NCBI GenBank assembly: GCA_048537945.1
Contig: CM108484.1
Span: 18,945,034-19,009,033, forward strand
Length of the DNA stretch: 64,000 bases
Reading direction: 5' to 3'
From: Mnemiopsis leidyi
Lineage: Eukaryota
In this document: in pieces, positions 34,451 to 46,131 of the stretch
Layout of the letters: each line of letters starts with the position of its first letter
Position numbering within the stretch: the first letter of the stretch is position 1
Program-made: the position numbers and the translations under genes
Notes under the pieces: generated by a model
Told to the model about the DNA's origin: nothing
The model's input: only the letters and a program-made list of their open reading frames with translations
Databases searched by the model: none

Positions 34451-36063
34451 CCAGCTACAACGTTATGCCACTGTTGTTACGCCACTGATCATCAAAACTT
34501 ACCTTTAAATTAAGCTCTATTGTCAAAATGCTTGAAAAGCGCTTTAAATACACGATTTCTCAAAAAAATTTGGCATGAGGCAGGCTGTCCGGGCTTAATT
34601 GGACCAAATATCAAGCTTTAAGATTATTAGTTCATGCAGATTCAATAGTTTTGGGCAAGTTAACTATTAAATAAATAAATAAAAATCAAATTTTAGCAAT
34701 ACACAAAGGGGTTAAATATAAATTAATGAGGCTTCCTAGCTGTGAAGAATGAGACTAATCAGATTTTCTCTGTTAGTAGTACACCCTTGTAAGACCTTAA
34801 TTATAATATGAGACATAATAATAGGTGAATAGGCAACAATATCAATAGACTTAAAAGTGAACGATTATAAAATGGCATAAATCCTAATATTTCCTAACAT
34901 AATTTAACTGTTAAGATGTCTAAACAAAAACTGTGAAAATCGTAAAGCCTTGAGAACTGGGATTAGTCACATAATGCTATGTTCAAAATAAATTTATTCG
35001 GAGTAAAAACTGTAGAAATAAGCCCTTAAAAATGGGCAGTGGGCATATAATAAGGTAGAACTATTCACAATAACAATTAATATAGGTGTCTGTTTTAATG
35101 CTATAACAGTTGGGTTAGCAACTTCAGGAGGGAAAGTCAACAGTCGTGGCTGATGTGGTCTTGATGATTTTTAGTCTTCCTGATAAAACTTTTTAAATGA
35201 GTTGTCATTTTGATACCCTTTGTCGGACGAAAGTTTAGATAGAAGAAGTGACTTGAATGTCTTAGAGAATTGTTTGACAGATTCGCTAGCTCTAAGTGTC
35301 TGAGGGATAACGTTCCAGGCCTTTGCCCCTAGATAAAAGAATTCCTTGTGTGATTTAGATTTCTGAGTGTATGGGTTACAGTTTTCCCAACCCCTACTTC
35401 CTCCTGAGATATAGGTGAAGTTTCCTATAAAGTGGTTTGGACAAATTTCATTTACAATACGGAACATGTAACAACTAAGATGTAATTGTCGCCGTAAGTG
35501 CAAAGGTAACCCAACATTACATATGTGCACAGGCTGGGCCTGCAGTTAGGGGGAACAGGGGGACATGACCCCCCCCCCCCTCAATTTAGGAAAGGGGGAT
35601 TAAATATGATGATGAACATTGACCCCCCTACCAACCCGCCCCCAGATTTGACTACTGTCCAAACATTTCAATTTTCATTACTGAAAACATTTATTCTATT
35701 AATATTGGTCCACAATTTCGGGAGATGATTGTATTTGTAAGAGTAAGGATCAGGGGACACGGTCATGTCAGCAATTTTATGTACTAGTATTGTTTGTGAT
35801 TTTTATGCTGCACTTAAATGTGGACTCTGCCATAGCATGCCTCTGCAGTCAGCAATACTTCATCAGTACTATCACATTAACCCTCCAAGTTCCCACCCGG
35901 TGCAGCCATTTCCAGGCTTCAGTGTTTCAAAAACTATTATATTCATTTTTTCATAATTTATACAATGACCATCACAAGCTAAACCATGTTTTTCCTGTAG
36001 ATATGAGTGGGTTGCTGTTGAAAAGTAGATTTTCTGTTAGCTTAAAGACTCATCTCTAACTCC

Positions 36064-36174
36064 ATGCTCCTTCCTGTTGTGTTATGGGGCTCAACACCAC
36101 CTTCCCACACTATCTCAAGTCTTTTCCTATCACGTGATGATAAAGTCCTGATATCTGGATCAACGGAAGGACAG
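36064..36174 (+). CDS. WDR7: WDR7 exon 1 (MLLPVVLWGSTPPSHTISSLFLSRDDKVLISGSTEGQ)
   Basis: ATG at 36064. LPVVLWG matches human LPIVLWG. CAG|GTTCGT donor. Confidence 0.8.
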
Positions 36175-36308
36175 GTTCGTGATTATGTTTTTGTATCTAT
36201 CTACCTTGGCAGTTGACAAGCTGGGTTGTCGTAAATGTTTTTGTGATGTTAAGTCTAGAATTCTTATTTGGCATTTTTTTAATTACTCAGCAAAAAGTTA
36301 TATCTCAG

Positions 36309-36445
36309 TTATTGGTGTGTGATGTATTTGCAACGGCTTTGATTCCCCGTTACATTCTTGTTGGACACACCACTGAGGTTATTGGCATTGATCAGCTCGA
36401 TTCTGGACTTAACAATTTACACATCATTTCTGCATCATCAAACGG
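36309..36445 (+). CDS. WDR7: WDR7 exon 2 (LLVCDVFATALIPRYILVGHTTEV...ISASSNG)
   Basis: Phase-0 acceptor ctcag. GG|GTATGT donor. WD-repeat signature. Confidence 0.8.
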
Positions 36446-36642
36446 GTATGTGTAACTTGCAGTCTTTTATAACTGATTTATGATTTGTTGTACCTATTCA
36501 TTGAATAGTATTCAATACTAAATTGTGAACCTGCTCTAAAGTAAGGAATACAGCACGGTTAAAAAATCCCTTATCCGAATTGATTTTTGTAATGAAACTC
36601 AAATGACAAACTTTGTTACCAAAGTTTAATATCACTCTTTTA

Positions 36643-36721
36643 GGGAGGTTTTTAGATGGAATGTTACTGACGGTGCTTACATGTCAAGCACTGTTGTTCA
36701 AGGACCACTTACTAAAATCCA
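36643..36721 (+). CDS. WDR7: WDR7 exon 3 (G-EVFRWNVTDGAYMSSTVVQGPLTKIQ)
   Basis: Phase-consistent ttttag acceptor. CAG|GTTTAT donor. Confidence 0.8.
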
Positions 36722-36927
36722 GGTTTATTTTTCATTCATGTCAGTCCAAATTAAATGACTTCATATCATTGATATGTAGGAGGTTTGTAAGTTAATACCC
36801 AATCAACTTTTTAAATGTCTCGTTTCACATGTCAACAAAATATCAATTGTATCAAATATTGAACATAGTTTTTGTTACTGTTAAATTACACCGACACTAG
36901 TAAGGTAACAACAGTTTCCTTCTTCAG

Positions 36928-37282
36928 ACTCTCCCTTCCTCCCAAAACATCCTGATATGTGGTCAATACGGTGCAATGACAGTGCTGGACCACACCACCC
37001 TAGAAGTCAAACATCACCTGGTCCCCAGCGACCCGTCACACTGGATCCTCTGTTACACGGTCTTCCAGCCTCCTAAAGCCAAGGACGAGGAGATCGTGTG
37101 TATGACGGTTAACGGTCAGATAAAGACGTGGAACCTACAAGTGGAGTGCAGGGAGAAGGTTATATTGGAGTCGGAGACAAAGATACTGAACTGTCCACGT
37201 CCTGTTTGTGTGACTTATAACCCTAAAAGTTTATACAACTGCCTTGTCGTCTGTCAGAGTATTTGGAGGATCTACCGGGCTG
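36928..37282 (+). CDS. WDR7: WDR7 exon 4 (TLPSSQNILICGQYGAMTVLDHTTLEV...SIWRIYRAG)
   Basis: cttcag acceptor. G|GTGAGT donor. Confidence 0.85.
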
Positions 37283-37560
37283 GTGAGTTGCCAGGAGACA
37301 GTCATCAGGGAAAAGTTTGATTATAGCTTTTTACATTTTATCGATTAGTCGCACTCACGTAGCACAGAAAAACTCACTAAACTCCCATCTCCACCATAAC
37401 TTTATTCACAATTACTCTGGGTCTGAGAGTAAAGTTCTAATTTTAGTTCTAATCGGTGACCCTTTTTTGTCTAATTGTTAGAGACTTTCTTCTCATAACT
37501 CTTGGTCCGGGCAGACATACGATATACCCATTACCCACACTTTCTTTACACACTCTCCAG

Positions 37561-37781
37561 GAGATTTCGTGTCGTTATGTTCCGGTTCCAGCAACCAGGA
37601 AGTTCCATGGAGTGGCGGCAAGTTCTACACAGTCGACAAGATAATGTTGTGGCGCGAGAACGGAGAGTTGTACATATTCAAGCTCCCTGCACGTGCAATC
37701 CGTCCAGTTGATCATAGTGACGCTTCTTGGAGCGCTGAACCTCCGACTTATCTGAACCGTATATCCACTGGGCCTCTCATG
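37561..37781 (+). CDS. WDR7: WDR7 exon 5 (DFVSLCSGSSNQEVPWSGGKFYTVDKIMLWRENGELYIFKLPA...)
   Basis: Matches human [43 protein letters not shown]. Confidence 0.85.
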
Positions 37782-38339
37782 GTAAATATCTTAGAAGTTT
37801 TTGTCCTATTTGTATGTTAGTCATTTTTTGGTCAAAAAGTAGTGAAAGTATCGTGTACTGATTGTTGTAAAATGTATTAACCGTATTAAATGTAGAAGTT
37901 TTACATGAGTGTTAATTTTGTTACACTTCATAGGACTGTGTTTTGCTATGCTCAGTACTCAGGCAGGTAAATAACAAAATAATCCGCACTTTTTGAATTT
38001 AACAATCATTTCTGTTTCTGTGTTACATCTTTTCTGTGTTTTTGATTTTTCCTACTGTGATTATTGGAGATTTCAATGTTAATTTTTAATCATTTCACGA
38101 TATACATTTACTGGTACTACCTTAATACATATAATGGTCCTTCCTTTTTTAAGTAAATCTATGTCAAGTGGACCATTAGAGAGCATTTAGAGAGCATTTG
38201 AATAGCGATAACTAAGGCAGGACCAATAAATATGATGAGGTTTGAAAATGTTTGAAATTTGCGACATCTCCCCACGAATAATAGAAATATTCTCGCACAA
38301 CTGTCCATGTTTCATAACACGTCATATTTCTCGTTCCAG

Positions 38340-38534
38340 GAATGCTTGTTAGTCCACAAGAAGTCAAAGAGAACGCCACACGACATAGTGATTCGGGGAG
38401 ACAGGGACGGGAGATTGTCTCTATGGAAACAGGAACGAGAAAAAGACATTTCAACGGAGGGCCTGGTGGAGTGTATACATACCAGCCTATCAGAAATGTG
38501 GGACCAAGAAAATGTGGCTATTGTAAACGATAAG
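38340..38534 (+). CDS. WDR7: WDR7 exon 6 (ECLLVHKKSKRTPHDIVIRGDRDGRLSLW...AIVNDK)
   Basis: ccag acceptor. AAG|GTACAC donor. Confidence 0.8.
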
Positions 38535-38669
38535 GTACACTATACAGCATCTCACATTTATGATATGTAGTACTTTCAGTCTGTCTTTTATCTTGCCCAA
38601 CATTGAAACACGTGTATTTGTACAAAATGTACATTTCCGATACAAGACAGATAACGGAGTTACATCCAG

Positions 38670-38808
38670 TGTGAGGACTGCGGTGTTCCACTAGATATCA
38701 CCTCTAGTGTGTATCTAGAAGCTCTGTCTTATCTCGCCTGCGGACTCTCTTCTGGAGACATTGTTGTTGGACTTGCACACAACTTCCTTACCCACGCCCT
38801 CTTTAAAT
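38670..38808 (+). CDS. WDR7: WDR7 exon 7 (CEDCGVPLDITSSVYLEALSYLACGLSSGDIVVGLAHNFLTHALFK)
   Basis: Matches human ...[23 protein letters not shown]. The T|GTGATG donor is weak but restores the phase. Confidence 0.65.
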
Positions 38809-39228
38809 GTGATGGTTGGTTAATAAAGACTTACTTTGTAAAACTTTATTATATATCTTTACATAGGAGCTCTAACTCTCTTAGCGTATGTTGATGTGAT
38901 GAATGTACTGCCTTTAACTGTTCTTTAGCCATTGAGATCTATTTTATGTGTTCGGAAGAAAGGAAAGACGTGGATTTGGCTGCGTTTGGTATATTTCTCG
39001 TATGTGTGAACATGTGTAAACATGGACATTAATAATAACTGCAAAAATTTGAAATCTCATTATCAAAGCCTGACGTAGCGCATAGGTAGAGGCCAGAGGG
39101 GCAATATACTTTTTCCCTCCTATATACAACAAGGTACACAAATTCAAATATGAGAATTCAAAATATTTTATAAAATCCTATCCCATATCATGTCCTTGCT
39201 GCATGCAGTAACACAAGTGTAATTTCAG

Positions 39229-39351
39229 TGGAGTTAGACGAAATAGACACAAGAATAAGACTGCGAGGACACACAGGGAGAGTAAGTGTGTTACTTTACC
39301 CGCACAGTAACCAGCCGTTAGCTTATCTTCCCAACATCTTATACAGTGGTG
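39229..39351 (+). CDS. WDR7: WDR7 exon 8 (L-ELDEIDTRIRLRGHTGRVSVLLYPHSNQPLAYLPNILYSG)
   Basis: RGHTGRVSVLLYPH matches human RGHRNKVTCLLYPH. G|GTAAGT donor. Confidence 0.8.
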
Positions 39352-40068
39352 GTAAGTTATTTACAGTAAGATAATGTCCCTTCTTTTGTTAACATTCATG
39401 AGTGTTTTTGTAGGTGTTGTAGCGGATTTTTCGGGTGATTTTTGGTTTAAATTTACAGATTTATCAGATCGCGAAAGAATTCAGGATAAAACTCCACAAT
39501 CTTATTTGTGTCACCTAAGCATCTTAGCATATATCCTCATATTCTGATATTTTCGTTCCCCAGTTATTTCGATCTCCGAAATATTTTATCGCATCTGTTA
39601 AGATAACAAAGATAAAAAGTGCTGAGTAAACATTCTTACTTGTCTTTCGCTTATTGTTCAAATCTTAGAATATCAGAAATGTAGATCCAAGCGATGTGAT
39701 AGATGTTAATCTTCGATAATTACTGACACTAAATACTTACTGCTTGATTTACCAAGGGCGAGTTCCCGTGTCACAGTGTGGCAAAATTGAGGCGGAAATT
39801 TTGCTCGTTAAGGTAACGCGCGGTGTTCTCAAGGATTAATTGTCTGCGCGTCTGCGGGTCACGTGGTCTGATCTGATCTGATCTGTAGTTATCTGATTTA
39901 TATAGCTAGCTTATAGCAGCCAGCTATCACATCAATCGACGATCATTAAACGTACGCGTTTTAAGCTAAGTTATGAGGTTGAATACTGTAATACTACGAC
40001 GAATTTCAAATATCATGAAGCACGAAATTCTGCTCTATAATGAAAACAAATAATCTCGACTATTTCAG

Positions 40069-40181
40069 GAGTCGACTTCAGTGTCAAGATATGGGACTGG
40101 AAGAAGGGAAAGTTGCTGCAAAGTTTCACCACGCACACTGGGCCTGTTACGCGCTTGTTCTTACCTCCTACTCAAGCTACC
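40069..40181 (+). CDS. WDR7: WDR7 exon 9 (G-VDFSVKIWDWKKGKLLQSFTTHTGPVTRLFLPPTQAT)
   Basis: Matches human GGVDFSVIIWD. Donor ACC|GTTAGT. Confidence 0.8.
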
Positions 40182-40252
40182 GTTAGTTCTAGAAGAATCA
40201 AAAACAACTCCGTCTTGAAATTTGATATTATAAAACTTTGGAGTTGGAACTT

Positions 40253-40636
40253 TTTGCTTCCCCTTGATAAATAAAACTGTCTGTACAATGTAGCTAAACT
40301 CCCAGGTGTTTGCTTCCCCTTGATAAATTAAACTGTCTGTACAATGTAGCTAAATTCCCAGGTGTTTTCTTCCCCTTGATAAATTAAATTGTCTGTACAA
40401 TCTAGCTAAATTCCCAGGTGTTTGCTTCCCCTTGATAAATTAAATTGTCTGTACAATGTAGCTAAACTCCCAGGTGTTTGCTTCCCCTTGATAAACTGTC
40501 TGTACAATGTAGCTAAACTCCCAGGTGTTTGCTTCCCCTTGATAAATTAAACTGTCTGTACAATGTAGCTAAACTCCCAGGTGTTTGCTTCCCCTTGATA
40601 AATTAAATTGTCTGTACAATGTAGCTAAACTCCCAG
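40253..40636. repeat. 57-bp minisatellite x~7 made of the 3' splice-site region of the WDR7 intron (…TGTAGCTAAACTCCCAG|GTGTTTGCTTCC…)
   Basis: Each unit ends in a polypyrimidine tract plus AG. The last unit supplies the real acceptor for exon 10. Confidence 0.9.
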
Positions 40637-40799
40637 GGAAAGCTGCGAGGGAGTGTGGTATCAGTCTGCCAGGACAACAGCATAGCGATAACAACACACT
40701 CGCTGACAGTGCCTCTATTTGTTGGGTCTTGTCATCATACCTCTGTTCTGGAGATTAGGTGGAGACTTACTGAGGATATTCTCCTAGTACATTGTCTAG
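40637..40799 (+). CDS. WDR7: WDR7 exon 10 (GKLRGSVVSVCQDNSIAITTHSLTV...LEIRWRLTEDILLVHCL)
   Basis: IRWRLTEDILLV matches human IKWRPSDDYLVV. The acceptor is the last unit of an intronic minisatellite. Confidence 0.75.
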
Positions 40800-40976
40800 G
40801 TTCGTTTATTTGACTTCATATGACTATGGTTGTTTCTGCAGCCGGAACGGTAAATTACTTACCGTTCTACGAATAAAACTAAATAAAAGTAAATAGTTCA
40901 ATGTTTTAAACTTGTCGATCTAAAGAATTAATCTAATCACTATGAATCAGTACAATGTCATATTTTCATTCTCCAG

Positions 40977-41258
40977 ATGACACAGTGTACGTGTGGGGGC
41001 TAAGTACCGGCCACCTCGACAGAATAGAAACGGGAGCTGTAGCTCTAAGTCTTATCTCCGGTTGTAAGACGCTCAGCGAAGGGGAACACTGTAAATTGGA
41101 GATTACAAACTCTGCAGACACTGCTAGACTTAGCACAGGACTTGGTGTCGTCCCTTTCCGATTCTCTCAAACTGATAATCTCTCTCACATGATTCTGTTC
41201 GATACTGAACTTCTTCTACACCTACTGACTCAGCTACAAACTAACATTTTCACTAACG
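40977..41258 (+). CDS. WDR7: WDR7 exon 11 (D-DTVYVWGLSTGHLDRIETG...LQTNIFTN)
   Basis: Matches human SDGSVYVWQMDTGALDRCV. G|GTAAGT donor. Confidence 0.85.
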
Positions 41259-41428
41259 GTAAGTTTCTGCTTTTTATTGGGGTGTACAACGAAATTTTCA
41301 AATATTCAACACTCTTTTCAAGTTTGATGATAACTAGCTTAATGTTCATGCTACACAAGTAAAAACCTCAGAACTGAAGAGAAGTACGTCTAACATCTCT
41401 GAGAAACGCCGTGTTTCTGCGCGTGCAG

Positions 41429-41775
41429 ATCAGCGCCAAGTGGACAGACGGAGCTCCATAATCAAACAAACAGAAACGGCGAAACTTCTAGAAGAACGCA
41501 GTGTCACTTCGGAACTCTCCGTGGAAGAGACAAAGACTACAGAGGAGAACAAGAACGGTGACGACACCAAAGATAAGTTCGAGCTTGTCAAAATAACCTG
41601 CTCACTTCTTCTCTCTTGTCTTCATGCGTGGCGCGTAGATCTCAACATTGACCGGACTTGTGTGAAACATCTGGGACTGATGGTTCCTGCCCGAGAGTTG
41701 ACTTACGGGACGGTGGGGAGTAGTTCTACATTCATGCTTCTTCTTCCGGGGTGGGAGGAGCGCATTCACAAACAG
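41429..41775 (+). CDS. WDR7: WDR7 exon 12 (D-QRQVDRRSS...LLLSCLHAWRVDLNIDRTCVKHLGLMVPARE...IHKQ)
   Basis: Matches human [27 protein letters not shown]. Confidence 0.85.
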
Positions 41776-41945
41776 GTACCTAAGTATAACGACAGTCTTA
41801 ACGACAGTCTTAACTTTATACAGGTGTGTTAGTTGGAAACAAGCTACTTGGTACAACTGCTTCATATTATACAATGTTGTTCTCTGATCTTATGCTAAAT
41901 ATTTCATTCCTCACAACCATCTATTTTTCCCAATTTTATTTACAG

Positions 41946-42150
41946 CTAAAATCTAGTAAGACAACATTCTCAACTGTTTTTCCATCCCAGACGCCGACAA
42001 CAGTGCAGCCTCCGTTCGGAAGATGGTGCTTGTCCTCAAGTCTCACTACACAACACTTGCTCTCTGTCTCTGCCCTGGCGAACAAACAAATGTCTACAGA
42101 TCTAACTCTCTCCTTCAACAGACGACCCAGAAACTTGGTCGTAAAACGAG
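41946..42150 (+). CDS. WDR7: WDR7 exon 13 (LKSSKTTF...TTQHLLSVSALANKQMSTDL...VVKR)
   Basis: Matches human TTQHLLSIISLANTLMSM. Confidence 0.8.
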
Positions 42151-42326
42151 GTATTGATATTCTGAACTGTGAATTCTTACATTTCCAGGGGGTAATTTAA
42201 GACACGTCACACGAAGTCGCGTCTCGTTCAGGATGTGTTTTAATTGGCATGGATTTGTGTAGATATTTAGATTTTAATTTCTCCAACTTTTACGTCTCGT
42301 ACAATAGTTTACGACTCTCCTTCTAG

Positions 42327-42498
42327 AAGACAAGACGCGAGAAAGGGAGGAGTTGATGAAACAGAGTATAAACGAGAGTGAGAAGAAAGCAGGATGGAGT
42401 CACGTGACCGCTCTTCACTGTATAGTTCTCCCCGAACACGTCCCTTCCGGGTATTGCTCTCCTCTCCTAACTCACCTCGCTCTCAAGTGGCAGGACAG
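42327..42498 (+). CDS. WDR7: WDR7 exon 14 (E-DKTREREELMKQ...HVTALHCIVLPEHVPSGYCSPLLTHLALKWQD)
   Basis: Matches human [33 protein letters not shown]. Confidence 0.85.
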
Positions 42499-42762
42499 GT
42501 TAGATCTCAGTTTGTTCGGAATGTAATGCTGCATACCTCGTATCATCTATATCTACCGTCTAGTTGCTTTGTAGTTTTACTGTGCAGTGGGATGTAGAAA
42601 TTAATTATCATAGTTAAAGTCATTTGGAACTTGATACCCTAGTCCAATAGCTTGCCACTGTCCTACCTTTGCTCATTACTGTTAATGTAAACTAATTTAC
42701 AGTTATTTGTTAAACATTACGGTCAAAGTTCAACAAAATCTTTACAAATAGATATTTTCCAG

Positions 42763-43142
42763 GTGTATGGAGGTAAGGGAAGCTTCACAAGCTCTGTTTC
42801 TCCGAGAACTCCGTCGAATAGGCTTCGCAGGTCGACAACAATTAGTTAACCAGTGGTACCCGTACATCGTGAGAAAACGCGATCCCAGTCCTCCAGAACC
42901 CCTTGAGAAGATCTACTCGATGGAACTGCCATTAGTTCCGGACTATTTCTCAAAATTCATAAACCGTCCGACAAAAAGCCGTAGTAGCGTGTCGGTTGAA
43001 GACGAAGATCTGCCGGCTGATTCGTATCCGGTGTCCGTTATAATTCTGGGTGTGATTGTGTCCGAATTTCCGGATGAGGTGGAGGTTAGCAGTGTCCGGA
43101 ATCACGTAGCCTCGCCCGATCGCAGAGATGTCATCCGATCTA
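42763..43142 (+). CDS. WDR7: WDR7 exon 15 (R-CMEVREASQALFLRELRRIGFAGRQQLVNQWYPYIV...RRDVIRSS)
   Basis: Matches human [47 protein letters not shown] donor. Confidence 0.85.
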
Positions 43143-43586
43143 GTAAGTAGAAATAGAAGGAATCTTGCTCGATTTCTTTATAACGATTGAATGAAACAAA
43201 TTGAGCAATAATTCTACTTAAAAATTCTTGAGGCCTCTCCCCTTTTCCCATATAACTTTATCATGTTAAAGTGACTTTGTCCAGGTTTCCTGCTAACACA
43301 CGAGATGTTACGAGGTGTTGCAGCTCATCTCTTCTCACAACTGATAAAACCCCCCTCTCAACTTCCTCTACATTCCCCTGTCAGACGAGCTTCTGTAGAC
43401 CTCATAGGTCGGTCATTAATGTAGAACATTCTTTCATGACTCATGCTTTTAGCCATGTAACACAATAAATTTGCTGACATGTTAGACATGTAACTGCACC
43501 ACGGAATGTCAAACTACTAAGTAGTTCTCCCGGTGAAAAGTACTGCCTTTAGAGAAGTTACCACTATGTGACGTGAACTCTGCCAG

Positions 43587-43724
43587 GTCGAGGGTTTGGA
43601 GTGTGGAGTGAGTTTGTAAACTTGACTGCAGTGGTAATGACACTTCTCGAGTTACAGACAGACCCCCTCGTTCCTATCGAGATTAAGAAAGCTATCGCTC
43701 AGAGCGGAAATATTCCTGGGACTG
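43587..43724 (+). CDS. WDR7: WDR7 exon 16 (S-RGFGVWSEFVNLTAVVMTLLELQTDPLVPIEIKKAIAQSGNIPGT)
   Basis: Phase-consistent gccag acceptor. G|GTAAAT donor. Confidence 0.75.
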
Positions 43725-43856
43725 GTAAATTTGTTTGTTTGTTTGTAGCCTAGTAGTTTTAAGTCAACATGAATATATTTCTTTCATTATTTGTACACCA
43801 TACATTCTGACTTATGGACATGAGTAAACCTAAGATACTTAAACTCTCATTTTAAG

Positions 43857-43977
43857 GCAACAAGGAATGTCTTGCTGCAGCAGCTACAGTTCGAGCAGCT
43901 TATCAAGCCAGCATCCTTATAGCAAACAACAAGCCTCAGCAAACTGTCACGGCGCTTTCTAAAGAAATACTCACATT
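43857..43977 (+). CDS. WDR7: WDR7 exon 17 (G-NKECLAAAATVRAAYQASILIANNKPQQTVTALSKEILT)
   Basis: ttttaag acceptor. TT|GTGAGT donor, phase 2. The phase does not fit the next exon. Confidence 0.6.
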
Positions 43978-44464
43978 GTGAGTGCTATTTTTACTTTTCT
44001 CTAGATGGAATTTAAAACTTTTACCTGGGTACCTCAGTTTTGGTTGTCTCCGATCGGAGGGGACCGTAGAGAGAGCCCGGTAACAACACTTACGTATATC
44101 AATGAGAGGGGAGTGTGCGGTCCAGGCAAGGTCTCTTTTATTAACATTAAGTCTCAATTCACATTACAAATGTTTAGACATATTTTTTTCAGTAAGTGTG
44201 ACGTGGAGGCTGGTTTATCGATTCAGTCTTTATCAGTCTTCCCCTCTTCCTACCACACTATATTAGATAAGGGAAGATATCCTATATATTTGCTGGTGAG
44301 TGGGCAACTATAAATTTGTCTTCGATTTTCTCATAGCTGATTTGGGATTGCCTAACTTATAGCAGAACAGAAAAGTAAGGTGCTCCACACTCATTATGTA
44401 TAAAGACACATTTATTAATAAATAAAGACTATTTTTAGCGATTAACTTTTTGTGTTCTGTTCAG

Positions 44465-44604
44465 GTGCAGAATATCATTGAGAAAACTAAAGCACGTGAC
44501 TTAGCTTCAATAATCGTTAAGATAGTGGAGATAATGCTGTTTTGTATCGATACTGAGCAGTTTAAAACAAGAACTTTGTCAGAACTTGTACCTTCCTTAA
44601 CAAA
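44465..44604 (+). CDS. WDR7: WDR7 exon 18 (VQNIIEKTKARDLASIIVKIVEIMLFCIDTEQFKTRTLSELVPSLT)
   Basis: Matches human ILRVIEILIEK...LVEVMDIIMYCLEG. It reads only in phase 0 from the ttcag acceptor, so the junction with the previous exon is unresolved. Confidence 0.65.
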
Positions 44605-44702
44605 GTAAGTATCATAAAGACTAATGTTGGAATGTCACTCGAATTGTAGATGATAAATTCAACAAAATGTTTTTTTCTGTTGATTGTTGTGCTGCTCCAT
44701 AG

Positions 44703-45123
44703 CATTACAGCCGAACTAAACCCACTCTCCCCTCCCAGGAACGTTCTGATAGACTACTGCTCGGCAACCCAGCAAGTAGCAGTAGGTTCTGCGGAGGGTC
44801 TAGTACACGTGTTCGACGTGAGGAGTACTAAGTGCACGCCGCTCCACGCTCACAACGCACCTACCAGTGCCGTCTCCTTCGCCTCCAACGGTCGAACTCT
44901 GGTGACGTTTAGTGAGAGCGAGGGGAGGGTGTCTATATGGCAGAGTAGTAGCGGTCTCCTCTCCCTCATGTCTCCCGGCCCGCTGAAACTCGTCAGGATG
45001 GTGGACGCTCTACCACCTCTTCCTCAAAACCACCCCTCAAAATGTCCAGTTTTTAAGTGGGAAGCCACCAAGTTGGTCTCGTTGTATCTTAATGACAAAA
45101 CGAAGAAATCTTTCGCCGTGTAG
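44703..45123 (+). CDS. WDR7: WDR7 terminal exon (N-ITAELNPLSPPRNVLIDYCSATQQVAVGSAEGLVHVFDVRS...KSFAV*)
   Basis: Matches the human C-terminal WD repeats ([22 protein letters not shown]...). TAG at 45121. Confidence 0.85.
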
Positions 45124-45785
45124 CCCATGTTTTTTGTGTTTTTGATCTTGTATTTTCCTTTGCGTGTACATTTTTTAGTTTGATTTGACGCCATTGATTG
45201 GCTGCCCGTCAGTTTATCCGTTTATTTGGAATCTATGAAATTAATTTAAGTTCCATGAAATTAATTCTAGTGTTTATTTCATCAGAAACTTATCACGGGG
45301 ATCGTTCACAAGGTAAAACTTCAATTAAATAGTTATAGTAGCTATGGAAAGAAATTTAAAGCTTTATTTTATCATTTATAAGTAATGATGCCGATGGGCC
45401 TGGAGAAATGCGTGACCAGTAGTTGTTATCTTCACTTTAAATGTTCTTTTTGGAGGTCGGCTGGTTTGTCATTGTATGAGTTTGTTTATAATTGACGGTA
45501 TTTTCGAATATGATTTTGTAAATATTGAACCATCATTTTCTCTAGTTGAATGAACCAATTTATGCAAAAATCAGAACAAATAGATACACAATTTATTCAA
45601 TCCAACAATTTAACTGCAATAAAAACAGTACACAATCACAAATGCAACAAATAAATTACCTCGCACCTTAAAAAGCAAGATTAAGAATCATGATATGAAA
45701 TCAATATGTCGCGACGCGTGAAATACTAATGACGTCACACGACAGTGAAATGACGTCGTGTTATAACACCACGTGAACAAAAAAT

Positions 45786-45968
45786 CTAATTTCCCGGGTT
45801 AAAAAGTCCAGCAGAGTCGAGTATAAGGACGGAGAGGGAGAGGAAGGCTGTACCGAGAAAGTCTCCCAGAGCAGTGAGGAGGGGTATTGAGTAGAGGTCT
45901 GGATCTAGGTTCCTTAGATAGGGGGATATCATCACCATTACGTAGGACATCCCCAGTAATATAGCCAC
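45786..45968 (-). CDS. SLC41: SLC41 terminal exon (VAILLGMSYVMVMISPYLRNLDPDLYSIPLLTALGDFLGT...NPGN*)
   Basis: Second PDxxSIPxLTALGD signature. ttgcag acceptor. Stop at 45786. Confidence 0.85.
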   Translation of the reverse strand: MAILLGMSYVMVMISPYLRNLDPDLYSIPLLTALGDFLGTAFLSLSVLILDSAGLFNPGN

Positions 45969-46131
45969 CTGCAATTGTAATAGTAATATAGCCATTTGTA
46001 CTAGAGGTAAAAAGTTTAGTCACCTTATTCGTAGTGTGGCGGGTTTAAAATGCAAATCTACAAGCTAATCGATCAACACGTAAAGATCGCAAATCGTATT
46101 AATCAGAAAATTCAGAAAAAAAAACACAAAC

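Noticed and set aside
44005-44313. 100-codon ORF between WDR7 exons 17 and 18 considered as the missing exon
   Set aside because: It has no similarity to WDR7 in the corresponding region and no phase-compatible splice sites on both sides.
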